From contig OX597822.1 in assembly GCA_951406725.2 (NCBI GenBank), positions 3,596,001 to 3,660,000 of the forward strand: a stretch of DNA of 64,000 nucleotides, in the 5' to 3' direction. This document shows, one piece after another, positions 12,612 through 25,766 of this stretch. Below the pieces are notes generated by a model that saw only the letters and a list, made by a program, of their open reading frames with translations, searched no databases and was not told the DNA's origin. Position 1 is the first letter of the stretch. The number at the start of each line of letters is the position of its first letter. The position numbers were made by a program, and so were the translations under genes. Origin of the DNA: Octopus vulgaris. Its lineage: Eukaryota.

Positions 12612-12894
12612 GTCATTTTGATTTTGATTTTGTCTTGACGAGTTCGATAAACGAACGAAAGCGCTAATAAAGAATTATCCAAAGATGCTGTCTCCCTCCT
12701 TTTTCTCAATATAAATTATCTGTACAACACTTCAGTATTCGCATATGCATAAACCTCATATTATGCATACCTATTTGTTTGTATGTATGTATGTATGTAT
12801 GTAAGTATGTATGTATGCATCTGCGTATCTGTACTTGCATACATACATACATACATATATACATACATACATACATACATACATACATACATAC

Positions 12895-12930
<36 letters not shown>

Positions 12931-13078
12931 GTACATACATACATATGTACATATAAATGTGTGTGTATGAAGAGGAAAAGAAAAATGTAGATTCGATAGA
13001 TAAATAAATAAATACACAGAGATATGTCGGTACAAATACGCACACAGACGCATATATACATACATGCACATATATTTT

Positions 13079-13121
<43 letters not shown>

Positions 13122-13517
13122 ACGACAAACGTACAGCTGCTTCGTTTGTACAGCTCATTCAGCTCGTAGAAGCTGGAAAGGTCACCAGAAATAATTGGTG
13201 TCTTGTATCTCGCACAGACCTCTCAAACAACAGACTAACAATTACTATCGAGTGTGTCAACGGCAACTAAGTAAATAAAATAACACATAAATACCTTTAT
13301 TGTTATCAGTAACAAGCAATAAACATCGAAACCCGACTTTGCGTAGTTTGTATGTAATTTGCAGCAAATGCTGCAGTAAATTGCCTCGTATGGATGTCAT
13401 TGTGTCTGTGACATGAAACGGCGAAGATCGTACGTTTGTAAAAAAATAACATCAAGAATTTAAATTAAGAAAAATTACTCTGTTTCTCTCTCTCTCTCTC
13501 TTCTATCTATCTCTATA

Positions 13518-13550
<33 letters not shown>

Positions 13551-13594
13551 AAGACACTCACGAACACATCCTTACATATATATATGTATATATG

Positions 13595-13625
<31 letters not shown>

Positions 13626-13681
13626 GGAAATATTAAAATAACTAAGTCTCTATAAGAATGCCATATTAGTATGGCGATAAC

Positions 13682-13890
<209 letters not shown>

Positions 13891-13959
13891 ATGTAAGGAT
13901 GTGTGTGCTTACGTGTGTGTGTGAGTGTCTTTGTGTGTGTGTGTGAGTGTATGTGAGAC

Positions 13960-14100
13960 GTTTTTTTCATCCTCCCCATTTTTCCCTCTCTATCCCTTCT
14001 GTGAAAGAGCGTAGTTTCGAAAGCTCAAAGACTTTTCCATTCTTCCCGAGCTTCAAACTGATACACCTGCAAGTTGTTCCTTCACCTGTCTTTGCCTTTT
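13960..14100 (+). mobile_element. Decayed family H2 repeat
   Basis: CCTTCTGTGAAAGAGCGTAGTTTCGAAAGCTCAAAGAC..CACCTGTCTT aligns with 2731-2830. Confidence 0.65.
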
Positions 14101-14339
14101 GACTACAGTCATCATCCCAATCTATCTCCCTCTGCTATTCAAAAGCACCTTATCTAGGAATCTAACACATCTGTATCTACCTCTTGGATAAACGAACACA
14201 CAGGCAGAGCACAATTAGCTGTCGTAAAACCTGTAATTGTTGAATCCCCGTACTCTATCCGTTAAATGTGTTTTCTTGTGCTATAACGTGGTATATATAA
14301 ATGTGGTACGTATAAAGTTCATGTTCTCACATGAAGAGC

Positions 14340-14885
14340 TTGGGTTTGAAAGGGGATACGATCGACTTCAAGTGAATGAAGCAGCCATCTAGATATCTTT
14401 TCCAGTTATTTTCTATGTACAGAGAGAATGGGTTTCCGTATTTTTCTAGTACCTTACAATACGGATTGATTTTTAGTTACCCCATTACTAGGTTGGTAAA
14501 GGCGTGGGCCATTCGCGTACCCATCGTAGTCCCCGATGCCTATCAATAGAAGTTGTCATTAAATAGAAGAAGTTTTTTTTTTCAAAGATGAATTTTAGCC
14601 TTTCTATTACGATTTCTGTTTTGATGCGGCGGGAGTTCAGTGAAGTAATTCTCTTGGCAGAATTGGATTGCTTCTATTCTTAGGTTGTGGGGAATATTAG
14701 ACTAGAGGATGACTATATTAAAGGATACTAATTGGGTGTTTTTATTTATTGTTTTACTTATTGATTGAGCATATCTATGTCGTCCCTGATGTAGCTTTAG
14801 ATATGTTTGAGGAATGGTTTTAAGAGGGTGTCTAAAAAGTTTGAGTTTCACCTGCTGGGCCTGCTATTATTGTTCTTAATTTGAG
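14340..14885 (-). pseudogene. Penelope-like element reverse transcriptase fossil
   Basis: Minus-strand motifs in PLE order: IIAGPAGET, FLDTLLKPFLKHI*SYIRDDIDML, LVSFNIVIL*SNIPH, FLFNDNFY**ASGTTMGTRMAHAFTNLVMG, RYLDGCFI. Contains stops and frameshifts. Confidence 0.85.
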
Positions 14886-15393
14886 GTCATTAGGAGTAGG
14901 TACCTTCACTATGTGTGCCACTAACGAACAACACAACATTAGATTTTTCCCCCTCTATAAATTTAGGTACAATACAAACTATAATTAGCGCATTAGCAAA
15001 GAAGCATATGTTATCGCAAAATATAAACCTCGTTTGAATGCTTGCACCACAGAGGAAACTACTACAGGAATTGAGAACAATTTCAGCCGCTACAGCTTCG
15101 ACCACAATATGTCACTTCTAAGGCATTTGGCCATTAAAGAAGATTCCACGAAGAATCTGTCACAACACTCCCGTCTTTCTTTTCTTTATCCTTCTTCTTC
15201 TTCTTTCCTTATTCCTACTTCTCTTCCTTCTTCACCTTCTTCTTCTTCTCCTCCTCCTCCTCCTTCTCCTTCTTCTTCTTCGTTCTCGTGCTTCTTCTCG
15301 ATCCTTGGCTGCTCCTCCTGAAACCATTAATTCTCTGTACTCCTAAAACTATTTCTTCATATTTGCTACTACCTACCAAGCATTCACAAGGCA

Positions 15394-15432
<39 letters not shown>

Positions 15433-15615
15433 CACATACAGACTATTTGAAGACTATGGGAATATTTACAAAACATTTCACTTAATTTTTCTCCAATTTA
15501 ATTGCTTTTTATATTTTAGTCTTACTTGATAAAGTCTAAAAGACGGAAAACGATAATAAATGTACTTCATGACAAAATTATTCTAGCATTTTCTATCATT
15601 TCTTATTTTCCTCAC

Positions 15616-15714
<99 letters not shown>

Positions 15715-16099
15715 AGGAGTGGTTGTGTGGTAAGTAGCTTGTTTACCAACCACATGGTTCCGGGTTCAGTCCACTGCGTGGCACCTTGGCCAAGTGTCTT
15801 CTACTATAGCCTCGGGCCGAGTGGAGTTTTGGTAGACGGAAACTGAAAGAAACCCGTCGTATATATGTATATATATGCGTGTGTGTGTTTGTGTGTCTGT
15901 GTTTGTCCCCTAGCATTGCTTGACAACTGATGCTGGTGTGTTTATGTACCCGTTACTTACCGGTTCGGCAAAAGCGACCGATAGAATAAGTACTGGGCTT
16001 ACAAAAGAATAAGTCCCGGGGTCGAGTTGCTCGATTAAAGGCGGTGCACCAGCATGGCCGCAGTCAAATGACTGAAACAAGTAAAAGAGTAAAAAGAGT
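15715..16099 (+). mobile_element. SINE family A, near full length
   Basis: Same head, body and (GTAAAAGA)n tail as 3822-4233. Confidence 0.9.
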
Positions 16100-16124
16100 A
16101 TTGAAAGTCACATTGTTGCCTCGC

Positions 16125-16380
16125 GTCTTGGAACTCATCGGGCCGGTTACACGGATTCAATGTCGTATCAAGATTTCATAAATGTATATGATCAAGGTCA
16201 AATAAATTCAATCGAATAAACGTACACCAGTCTGTCGCAGGGTTACCTATTTACAACCGAGTGGCCTGGAGCAAATTTAAATGAACGTTTTGCTCAGGTA
16301 CATAATGCACCGCCTAGGCCGAAAAGCAAAATAACGACCCTGCTAACCTGAGTGCCACATTAAACACTTAGACACCTGCT
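16125..16380 (-). mobile_element. Decayed tRNA-derived SINE
   Basis: GAGTGGCCTGGAGCAA..TTTGCTCAGG..CAC..CTGAGTG..CACTTAGACAC resembles the family B-like head and body. Confidence 0.45.
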
Positions 16381-16686
16381 GTCACTTATATATTAACATC
16401 CCACACAATGTTTTTGACAATAGTCGCCTATTAGCTAGAGTTTATTCGGTTTATTCTATAAATTTTCAAAATAAGATTTAGAAATATTCAGCTTTTAAAC
16501 TTACGTGGTATGACTTTCTAATGCGATACACATCCCACATAATTTGTATTTAATGGCATGCTAGTTTTGAATAAATACAAATTAATTTAGCTGATCGCAA
16601 ATAAAGGTAAACAAGTACAAAGATATGGATACACGTGCATAAACATATGTTCGATATATTCATATGTACCTGTACGTTTACACACA

Positions 16687-16752
<66 letters not shown>

Positions 16753-16928
16753 CTGATATATATATTGTTCAACAGCAGCTTCATCTGAATCGAGCTTTAT
16801 GTATTGAAACGCAACCATAAACAGATTTCTGACGGCAATTGATGGACTTAATGGCGCATGCACAATTGATATGTGAGTCGAAGTGGTACGACGAAAGATT
16901 AATCGATACTTGTGCTTATAATTCTGCA

Positions 16929-16970
16929 GATAGATATATAGATAGATAGATGGATAAATAGATAGATAGG

Positions 16971-17021
<51 letters not shown>

Positions 17022-17030
17022 GTAGATAGG

Positions 17031-17075
<45 letters not shown>

Positions 17076-17120
17076 GGATAAATAGATAGATAGATAGAGA
17101 GAGAGAGAGAGATAGATAGG

Positions 17121-17159
<39 letters not shown>

Positions 17160-17195
17160 GCAGCAGACAGACAGACATACAGATAGATAGATATA
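16929..17195. repeat. (GATA)n microsatellite
   Basis: Read directly from the sequence. Confidence 0.97.
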
Positions 17196-18138
17196 AATAT
17201 ACGTATGTACATACATATATACATACATAGTTGTGTCTGTATACATGGTCTCGTGCATATACGAAATGTGTTTGTATATAATATATACGATTATATATGT
17301 GTGTATGCATGTATCTGTATAAATACCAAGGTCAGGTTCTTACGTAAAGGCATGTAACGGAATATTTACTTATGAGGACAATCAATAGAATATTGGAAAT
17401 TGTTTCAAATTTATTTTTAATTTCGTGGTTTACAGGAGAATTTAGTTTCACCTAGCAGCAAAACGAGACTGGTGGAGTAAGTACTTGAATGAATATATAA
17501 TCGATATGTAATTATAAGATCCGAGGATCAAAGTTTAGGAAGTCTGTAAGCTTCCATGGTAGGTATGAATAATTAACGTTCAGGAACAATGATTATCTAT
17601 TAGCGTCGGAGCTTGTAGTCTTCTCGCATATTTCAGTTGGATAAATTGAAAATATTTTTTATAGCTCACGATGAGCAACGTGGGTTGCTCCGAATGCGAA
17701 TAAAAATCCAAATTGAGGAGAATGGAGCAGGTAAAATTCAGGCTACATATATTTACTAGATAGCAGATACTCTGGGTTACGCGGCTAGCTACTCCTCTGG
17801 TCGAAAATATCTTAATTAATTGATAGTTATATTGTCGTTAAGGAATCCCAAAAAATATATATATAAATGTGTGTGATATTACAATTTAAAGGAAAAATCC
17901 AGGGAAATAATTGCAAGGTTAATGTTGGTTAAGTGTCCCAGGATTTAAATCTGGGATAGTAAGTCATATTTAGTAGAAAATATTAAAATTGAACAAGGAG
18001 ACAAACTCTCGGGATTGTTGGTACAACTGTGATGTCGTTGGCAAAACATGTTCTTTGTCTATCTCCTTTTCCTCGTGGAGATTTTGGGTAAAGTTATACT
18101 AATGTGTTCTTCTAATTTAATAAAATTCTATGTCTTTG

Positions 18139-18230
18139 TGCAGCTGAAGATTGCTCTACATTTTAAATTGATGTAATGAAATGATTGCATTTTTCAATTA
18201 AATGGAGTCGCATGAAACGATCGTACTACA
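18139..18230 (+). ncRNA. Type-I hammerhead-ribozyme-like motif with a long stem II
   Basis: Stem I TGCAG/CTACA (1 mismatch), core CTGAAGA, stem II TGCTC..GAGTCGCA, GAAA, palindromic stem III ACGATCGT, putative GUA cleavage triplet at 18223-18225. Confidence 0.5.
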
Positions 18231-18401
18231 TTACCTCTGGATATCCTTGTTGCTTATTTTGATTTTAATATTTGGTTATTTTGAATCTGTAGGGATAATA
18301 CCATACTAAATTCTGGTGCCTCAACTTAAGTACCATATTCATCTGAATCTAAAATTTTATGTATGTATGTACGTATGTATGTATGTATGTACGTATGTAT
18401 G

Positions 18402-18455
<54 letters not shown>

Positions 18456-18488
18456 AATCTATATATATATATATATATATGCATATAT

Positions 18489-18696
18489 GTACAGGCCGTC
18501 ACCAACAGTGAAAAACACAAACAACAAGCGAGTAAAAACGCAAACAACAAGCGACAAAGCTAAAACAGATGTAACTCAAAGTACGACCCTTCCTTCATCA
18601 GATGTCGACTTTGTATGTACTCCTCATTTCGAGCATTTAACGATATTTCGCCTTCATCCACACATCATGTTGTTTACAGTTGGTGACGTCCTGTAC
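18489..18696. mobile_element. Small TIR element (MITE-like)
   Basis: GTACAGGCCGTCACCAACAGTGAA versus reverse complement GTACAGGACGTCACCAACTGTAAA. Embedded in TA-rich repeats. Confidence 0.7.
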
Positions 18697-18749
18697 CCAT
18701 ATAAACATATATATATATATGTATGCATGAATGTATGTGTGTACGTATG

Positions 18750-18830
<81 letters not shown>

Positions 18831-18859
18831 ATGTATGTATGTATGTATGTATGTTGAAT

Positions 18860-19512
18860 ACTGCCATAATTCTTGCCGTCATCTTTGATGTTACAAGGAA
18901 ATTTGTTGCTCTCTCGCTCAACTGCATCCCATACATTATAATAAAGGGTTTGCAGTCTGAGGATTCAGGTGGCCAGATGTTAGTGATGATGTAATCGCAG
19001 AAATAGTCTGACAGCCATGATTGGGTTCTCTTGCCTGTGTGGAATAGTGCAGAGTCCTGTTATCGGACAGAGTCTGTTAAACATGTTGAACCAGGGCAGC
19101 ACTCTCTCCTCTAGGCACTTAATGTAGGTTTTCGTGTTGAGTCTGAGGCCGTCTGGGAAGATTAATGGCGGCATAACATCGCCATCATTAGTGATCATTC
19201 TAAACACCATGATGTTGACTGGATGTTTGATTTTTATCACTCTGGTACATGTTTTGGGGACATGGCAAGCCAACGGTTTTTCTGCGTGTTCACCATCTAT
19301 TCGTATTAGAGCTTCCGGCGCAAATGCGAAGCAGTACAGCAAGTCATTTCCAAATTTCTGGCAGAGTGAATTGCGTCATGGTGCTGTTTGTTGCACAGAC
19401 AGTGCCCAACTGCCCCTACTATACTGTGTAATCGAAAATATCTAAAAACAAACAATGCGCATGCCCGAAATTAAAAATATAGAATGACGACAATTTACTC
19501 GTCGCACATTGT
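18860..19512 (-). mobile_element. DD37D/maT (Tc1/mariner) transposon fossil
   Basis: KHPVNIMVFRMITNDGDVMPPLIFPDGLRLNTKTYIKCLEERVLPW, then frameshifted QDSA..HT..WLSDYFCDY..IWPPESSDC. Confidence 0.85.
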
Positions 19513-19543
19513 GCGTGTGTGTGTGTATATATATATACATAAT

Positions 19544-19574
<31 letters not shown>

Positions 19575-20748
19575 GATATGCCCATAATACACACACACAT
19601 AGATATACATACATAATACACACACACACAAGCACATGATGTTATTCTCTCCACGATATACTACAGATAAGCCGGTAGGTAGATGGACAAATAGATAGCG
19701 TTTATTTATGTACGCGTCTGGCTAAATATTTGAGTTCTCTATGTATTTACCAACCTATGTTGCCTATGAATTTATCAATACATTACATTTTGAAACTATA
19801 TTTACGATTTCTTGTCATTTTCTTCTTTCCTTCCTTAGCAGACCTTACCTTTAATGGTTTATCTGTTACTGGGATGTACACACAAATGAAAATATCTGTG
19901 ATGACTTGTTTCGTTGTGTTACTAAATGTATTTCACTGTATCTCTTGAGAAATATATCGCTTCAAACCGATCGTTTTTTTTTCTGTCTTTTCTGATTTTT
20001 ATCTATATTGTTTCGTCTAATTTCCTTCGCTTTTCCCATTAGATGTACGTCGACTTGCTTGGTGAAAGAGTTACAAGTAAACTTGTGTTTACTCAGTTTG
20101 ATCTACCAAAACAGATTATAAAGCTTACAGTAAGGTGTAAGATATATTGTTTGTGTACAAAATAAATACTAATCTTTCTTTTACAATTTCATTGATTAGA
20201 GTCATTGGGCTGAATGTGATTCAAATCTGGGGCCCCGGTATTGAATCTGAAAAGTATTTAAGTATGAGGCTTCTATCACCGATCAGCTTTTATCATATAT
20301 GAGTGTGTGCAGGCACCTGGGTTAGCGATTAAGGATGGTGCACTTCCTTCAAACTGCTTTTCACTTTTATATTCGGCAAAAATTGCCCCAAAACATTGGA
20401 AAAGCCAGCATAAACCGTGTCAGCAAAAAAACATGTTTCTGTCACATAACACACACAAACGTAAATTCCCCGACTAAAATTGTCTTCCTCGCGTGAAGGT
20501 AACCTATTCTATACATTGGAACATTGTTAAAGCTCCGAGGAAGTTCTAAGACGATGCGCAAGCACTCAGTTCCTCATGGACTCGCCCGTATAGCGAACAC
20601 CGCTGTAACCTAAGGAATTTGATTACGTCATTGCTATTCCTCTGCCATTGAATTAATTCCTATTACACTGTGTTGTTGCTGAACGCTCTATCCGGAAGCA
20701 CGGATATAAGGAATTCTAAAAACTGATGATTGGTATCGCTTTACCAAA

Positions 20749-20790
<42 letters not shown>

Positions 20791-20792
<2 letters not shown>

Positions 20793-21084
20793 AGCACTCA
20801 GTCGGTTACGACAACGAAGTTCCCAGCCGAAACGATCAACGGAACACCTTGCTCGTGCAATTATCGTGTAAGTAGCTGAGCACTCGACAGGCACGAGTAC
20901 TCTTAATGTAGTTTTCAGGGAGATTCAGCGTGACACAGAGTGTGACAAGGCTGGCCCTTTGAAATAGAGGTACTATTCATTTGTGTGGCTTGAAGGAAGT
21001 GCAAGGACACAACACGTCACTGGGAATTGAACTCATGACCTTATGATCCTGAGCGGAATGCCCTAACCAGTAAGCCACGCAACT
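20791..21084 (-). mobile_element. SINE sharing the family B tail with a different middle
   Basis: Tail GATCAACGGAACA..GCTCGTG..CAGCGTGACACAGAG..GGCCCTTTGAAATA as in 4422-4610, with a tRNA-like head at 21020-21084. Confidence 0.8.
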
Positions 21085-21465
21085 TGCCCCTCCCCCATAT
21101 ATATATATATATATATACACAGGTTCACACGCACACACACACACTCACATATATATATATGTATATATATATACATATACATATATAACTGAATAAGTCA
21201 GAGTCAACTACTACGTTAACAGAATATAGCCAAAAAAACCCTCAAATTAAGGTTGTTCGCGTCTAAATTATCGGAGACCTCGGCATCATACAACGCAGAG
21301 TATTCAAAAGAAAATCTTTAAAAGGCCAAATCGAATGCAATTACAACGGTTACTAACCGGTGCAATTGAAACATGTGTTGGTCTATATAAGATGGTATAT
21401 AAATCAAAGAATTAAAAGTAAAGCTATGCAACTTCGTAGTATGCCATATTATTAAGATTGCTAGT

Positions 21466-21504
<39 letters not shown>

Positions 21505-21597
21505 CCAGAGTAAGCACATAAATGCGAAACAAGGGGGTGAAAAGAGTATTCGAATACCTGAGGTAGAGTAATATGCTTTACTAATTTACTACTACAG

Positions 21598-21733
21598 CTG
21601 CAAAGACGTCACAAAAATTGTTACTCACAGTTTCACGCTTCCGTTCGTCGGACAGGTTTGTTTTAGAAACTAAAACTCTCCGACGAACGGGAACATGAAA
21701 CTCAGAGTAAAAGTTATTCTAATGTATTTGCAG
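21598..21733. repeat. Palindrome of two inverted hammerhead-like motifs
   Basis: Arms 21598-21652 and 21679-21733 plus inner hairpin GTTTTAG-aaa-CTAAAAC. Each arm reads CCGACGA-ACG..C(G/A)T-GAAACT..GAGTA. Confidence 0.75.
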
Positions 21734-21739
21734 TCAATG

Positions 21740-21811
<72 letters not shown>

Positions 21812-21819
21812 GTCTGTAT

Positions 21820-21970
21820 GTTGAGAAGTTGCAAAAAAAAAAAACGAAGACGGGTGTGTAAACAACAAACAGATGTATTAGTTTAAGGCTCGGGGTGTTA
21901 GAAAGCTTTTACCGTCTCGAGCCTGCGCTCTTCGACAGAAAGGAACACAGAAATAAACAGGGAGAGAAAT
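21820..21970 (-). mobile_element. Family H2 repeat
   Basis: Reverse strand CCTTTCTGTCGAAGAGCGCAGGCTCGAGACGGTAAAAG. Homologous to 2665-2858. Confidence 0.7.
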
Positions 21971-21971
21971 A

Positions 21972-22091
<120 letters not shown>

Positions 22092-22347
22092 GTAGATATA
22101 TAGATATAGATAGACAGAGAGTCAGATAGACAGACAAATGCATACATACATGCACATATACACATATATATCATACAAGCATACACAAGCGTGCACACAA
22201 ACCGTATATATAAATGTGCCTCCCTATGTGTATCTGGGTGTGGTGGGGTGTAACATTCGATGTTAATTCCAAGTTAAACTAAAATCCGATGTTAGAAACC
22301 TTAAACATCCTAAAGATACGTTCTTTTTTTCTGATAGGACTATTAGC

Positions 22348-22750
22348 GTGTATGAAATCAATAATGGTCTACATGATAAGTTGAGACAAGATAGTATCTC
22401 CACTAAATATATGATAGCTAATACAGACAGAGATAGCGATACCTGTGATGAGGCGACACTTCTGGCTAATCATAACAAAATTGATAATATATTAGAATGC
22501 TTTGCTAAAAGGGTAACTTTCATAACTTCTAAAGACCATAAACCTAATTCTATCAATAAACCAGCCTGCAGGCTCTTAAATCCAGCTATAGCTGAAATAA
22601 GTTTAGTCGCCTAAACTTATTAAAACGTATTAATAGTAGAAGTAGAAGTATTACTAAACCACAGCAGTGGACAAATTACAATGCTGTCCATAATAAAGTT
22701 CAGAACTATATTCATAAAATCTGATAACGTGGATTTTTATCCCATGTTAG
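22348..22750 (+). pseudogene. Penelope-like RT N-terminal fossil of a second PLE lineage
   Basis: FITSKDHKPNSINKPACRLLNPAIAEISL, then QW and FIKSDNVDFYP, matching the KDHKxNF..PxCRLxNP..FDIxDFYP pattern (recalled, not searched). Confidence 0.65.
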
Positions 22751-23751
22751 CCAGTAATTTCGTCGACCCTAATAATTTCATCAGGATATGCGTTAATATT
22801 TAACAAACAGAAAAAGTATATTGGTACATGTTAAAGAGATTTTAAAAAACATACATATGCTAACCACTAGTTTCTTTCCGACATATGAACAAGAACAAAA
22901 CCACGAAGCTAGCTAGCCATATTAGGGGCCTAATGGACAACAATACTCCGCACACCCTCAAAACAATTAGAATGATCCATGCCATAGTTTATGGATCAAA
23001 TTGGTGCAAACATTGTATAATCGAAAGAGATCATATCCACTTCTAATGCCCCTCTCTCCGATTAAGCATACGCTCTCACAAACTTTACGTTTTTCTTCCG
23101 TCGAGCTAAGAACTCCAACCGTTGGTACATAACTATGATTTATTTTCACTTCATACATTTTTCTCGTCTTATTTTCGTTCTCTATTGTTTTTTATCAGGG
23201 AGCAACCGGATTATATCTTGGGTGTGAAAGATTGCCTGATATTATACAGCACACTTTACAAGCTCGCCCGACTATAGTATTCTCCTAAGTTTCAAACTTA
23301 TAGTAACTCAATTTTGAATCCTGTGTTTACGTATATTAAATGCTATCTCGCGCTGGATGCAGGACTTTCTTCTTGATTCCACTAATTAACAGAATATTAC
23401 GCAATGCAGAACGCCAACCCACAATTCTAAACAACACAGTTAGACCTGATCCTAAATACGTCAATATCCATGTAAAAAGTATGCGTGTCAAATCAATATT
23501 TTCGCTGTCCTATAAATAAAAATAATGACCTTATCACCAACTTGAGTTCCTGGTTCATTCGAAATCATCAGTTTAATTTCAAAATTTTAGAATCTTTCTC
23601 CGGTGTTAAAAAGACGAAAGAAAAACCAAAACAAAACAGAGAAAAGCATAAGTTAACCCGGTTTCGACAGTGTTGTACATGATTTAGCCACTAGGCGGCA
23701 AGGCTTGTTCGAGTAGCATTATCAGATTTTATATTTTCTAAACTTATATTT

Positions 23752-23798
<47 letters not shown>

Positions 23799-24529
23799 AT
23801 TTATGTATGTATGTATATGTTATATATACATATACATATGCATCTATGTATATATATATGTATGTAAATACAGACATATGTATATGTGCATATATACTCA
23901 ATAACAAAGAAAAATCATCTAAAATGCTGCATGATTAATTCAATAAGTTTTCCATGGTTTAAAAAAAGAATATAATATTCTTCGATTTATTTAGTCACAT
24001 ATTTTTAACTTTTAATTGTTTAATTTTGTTCTTCGCAAATACACAATGTATTTCCTCTGAGTTGCCAAAGGAAAAACTTCGTTATTTTGTTAGTTGAAAA
24101 TTTAATTTCTATTTTATTCAATTCTATTTACTCCATGTTTATTCTACTGGAATAGAAAAAAAAATGTAAATGATAGATCAATGATTTTTTTTTCCTTTTA
24201 TTTCATCTCAAATTTCTCGAATGTTGTTTAAATTTACTCTGAAATTGTCTTTTAATCACGTTCATCGATATTAAATTTCTGATGAGGTGAGTTGTGCAGA
24301 TTAAAATTTTAACGCTTGCCAATATACGTCGTGTTCTTTGCTTGCAGTCTTCAATATAATTGTCTTCGTATTACTCTGGTTTCGATTCCCATTTAAAGGC
24401 CATCCATCCTCACTTATTCCCCGTTAATTGATCGATCGCATGGCAAACAATTCATTCAATTCATTCCTTTGTGTACAGAATCTGTGAGGAAAAATCAATA
24501 TCGTTGATCGTCGTTTCAAAATTATAACA

Positions 24530-24568
<39 letters not shown>

Positions 24569-24612
<44 letters not shown>

Positions 24613-24734
24613 TATATATATGTTTATATATATGTATATACACACGTATATATATATACATATATATATATATATGTTTATATATATGTATATACATACG
24701 TATATATATATGTATGTATATTATATATATATAT

Positions 24735-24767
<33 letters not shown>

Positions 24768-24823
24768 TATATGTATATATATATACATATATACATACAT
24801 ATATATATATACATATATACATA

Positions 24824-24857
<34 letters not shown>
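24569..24857. repeat. Degenerate (TA)n microsatellite preceded by (TC)n
   Basis: Read directly from the sequence. Confidence 0.95.
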
Positions 24858-25146
24858 GTAATTACTGATATATTAATATTGTTTCTTTATAGTCATTAGC
24901 GAAGGCTTGTGGGTGTGTTTATGTGTGTGCGTGTATCTGCATGTGTGTGTGTGTGTGTCTGTGTACGTGTGTGTGCCACATCTTGCAAAATGAGCAAAAG
25001 GGAAACCATCAACACTTCAGAGGTTAAGATAACTTGAAAATGATAAAAATGAATTCGGGGAATTTTATCGTTACAAACAAATTATGCGGGTCTCATACTT
25101 TGATACGAAAATATCTTTCATAATAAATAATAATGAAGATTCAATC

Positions 25147-25210
<64 letters not shown>

Positions 25211-25573
25211 GTATCCAATCGTCCATGCATCCATTAGAAGTGCATGTCTGTGTGGTATGTGTGTATGTGCGTGCGCGAGCGGGTATGTGTATATATATAT
25301 ATATATATATATGGGACGATGGTGATTAAGATATTCGAACGAATATTTCCATTCTAAAGGAAGTTAATTACTTTGTATAAGAAATGGAATCATCATTACC
25401 GGTGCCCATGAGTCTCTAACGAGAATTTACTGGCAAAGCCAAAATTGAATCGGCCCCTCCCGCGGTTTGGTTGTAGACAGATGATTAACGAAATATAATT
25501 TGAAATATTTGCAACAGAAAGTCGGATGTAGAAATCTATCAGAGGAGTCGAATAACGTCTTTTAATTACTCAC

Positions 25574-25766
25574 AGATAAAATGTGGTGTAAATATCTTTG
25601 CATCAACAACTCGAATAATGGAAATTGATCGTACTTAAAGATCATTAACTTAAATGTATATGATGAAATTAATACTGCAATAAAACTTATATGAGCAACA
25701 AGAAGTATTCCCCATGGAAATCCTTGGCAAAAAACACGACCAAGAGACAATATAGGATAAATTTGT
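25574..25766 (-). CDS. Candidate internal coding exon encoding a hydrophobic segment (unassigned)
   Basis: Acceptor ttattatttcattattctAG and donor GTGAGT. The 193-bp exon is open for 64 codons: QIYPILSLGRVFCQGFPWGILLVAHISFIAVLISSYTFKLMIFKYDQFPLFELLMQRYLHHILS. Confidence 0.35.
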
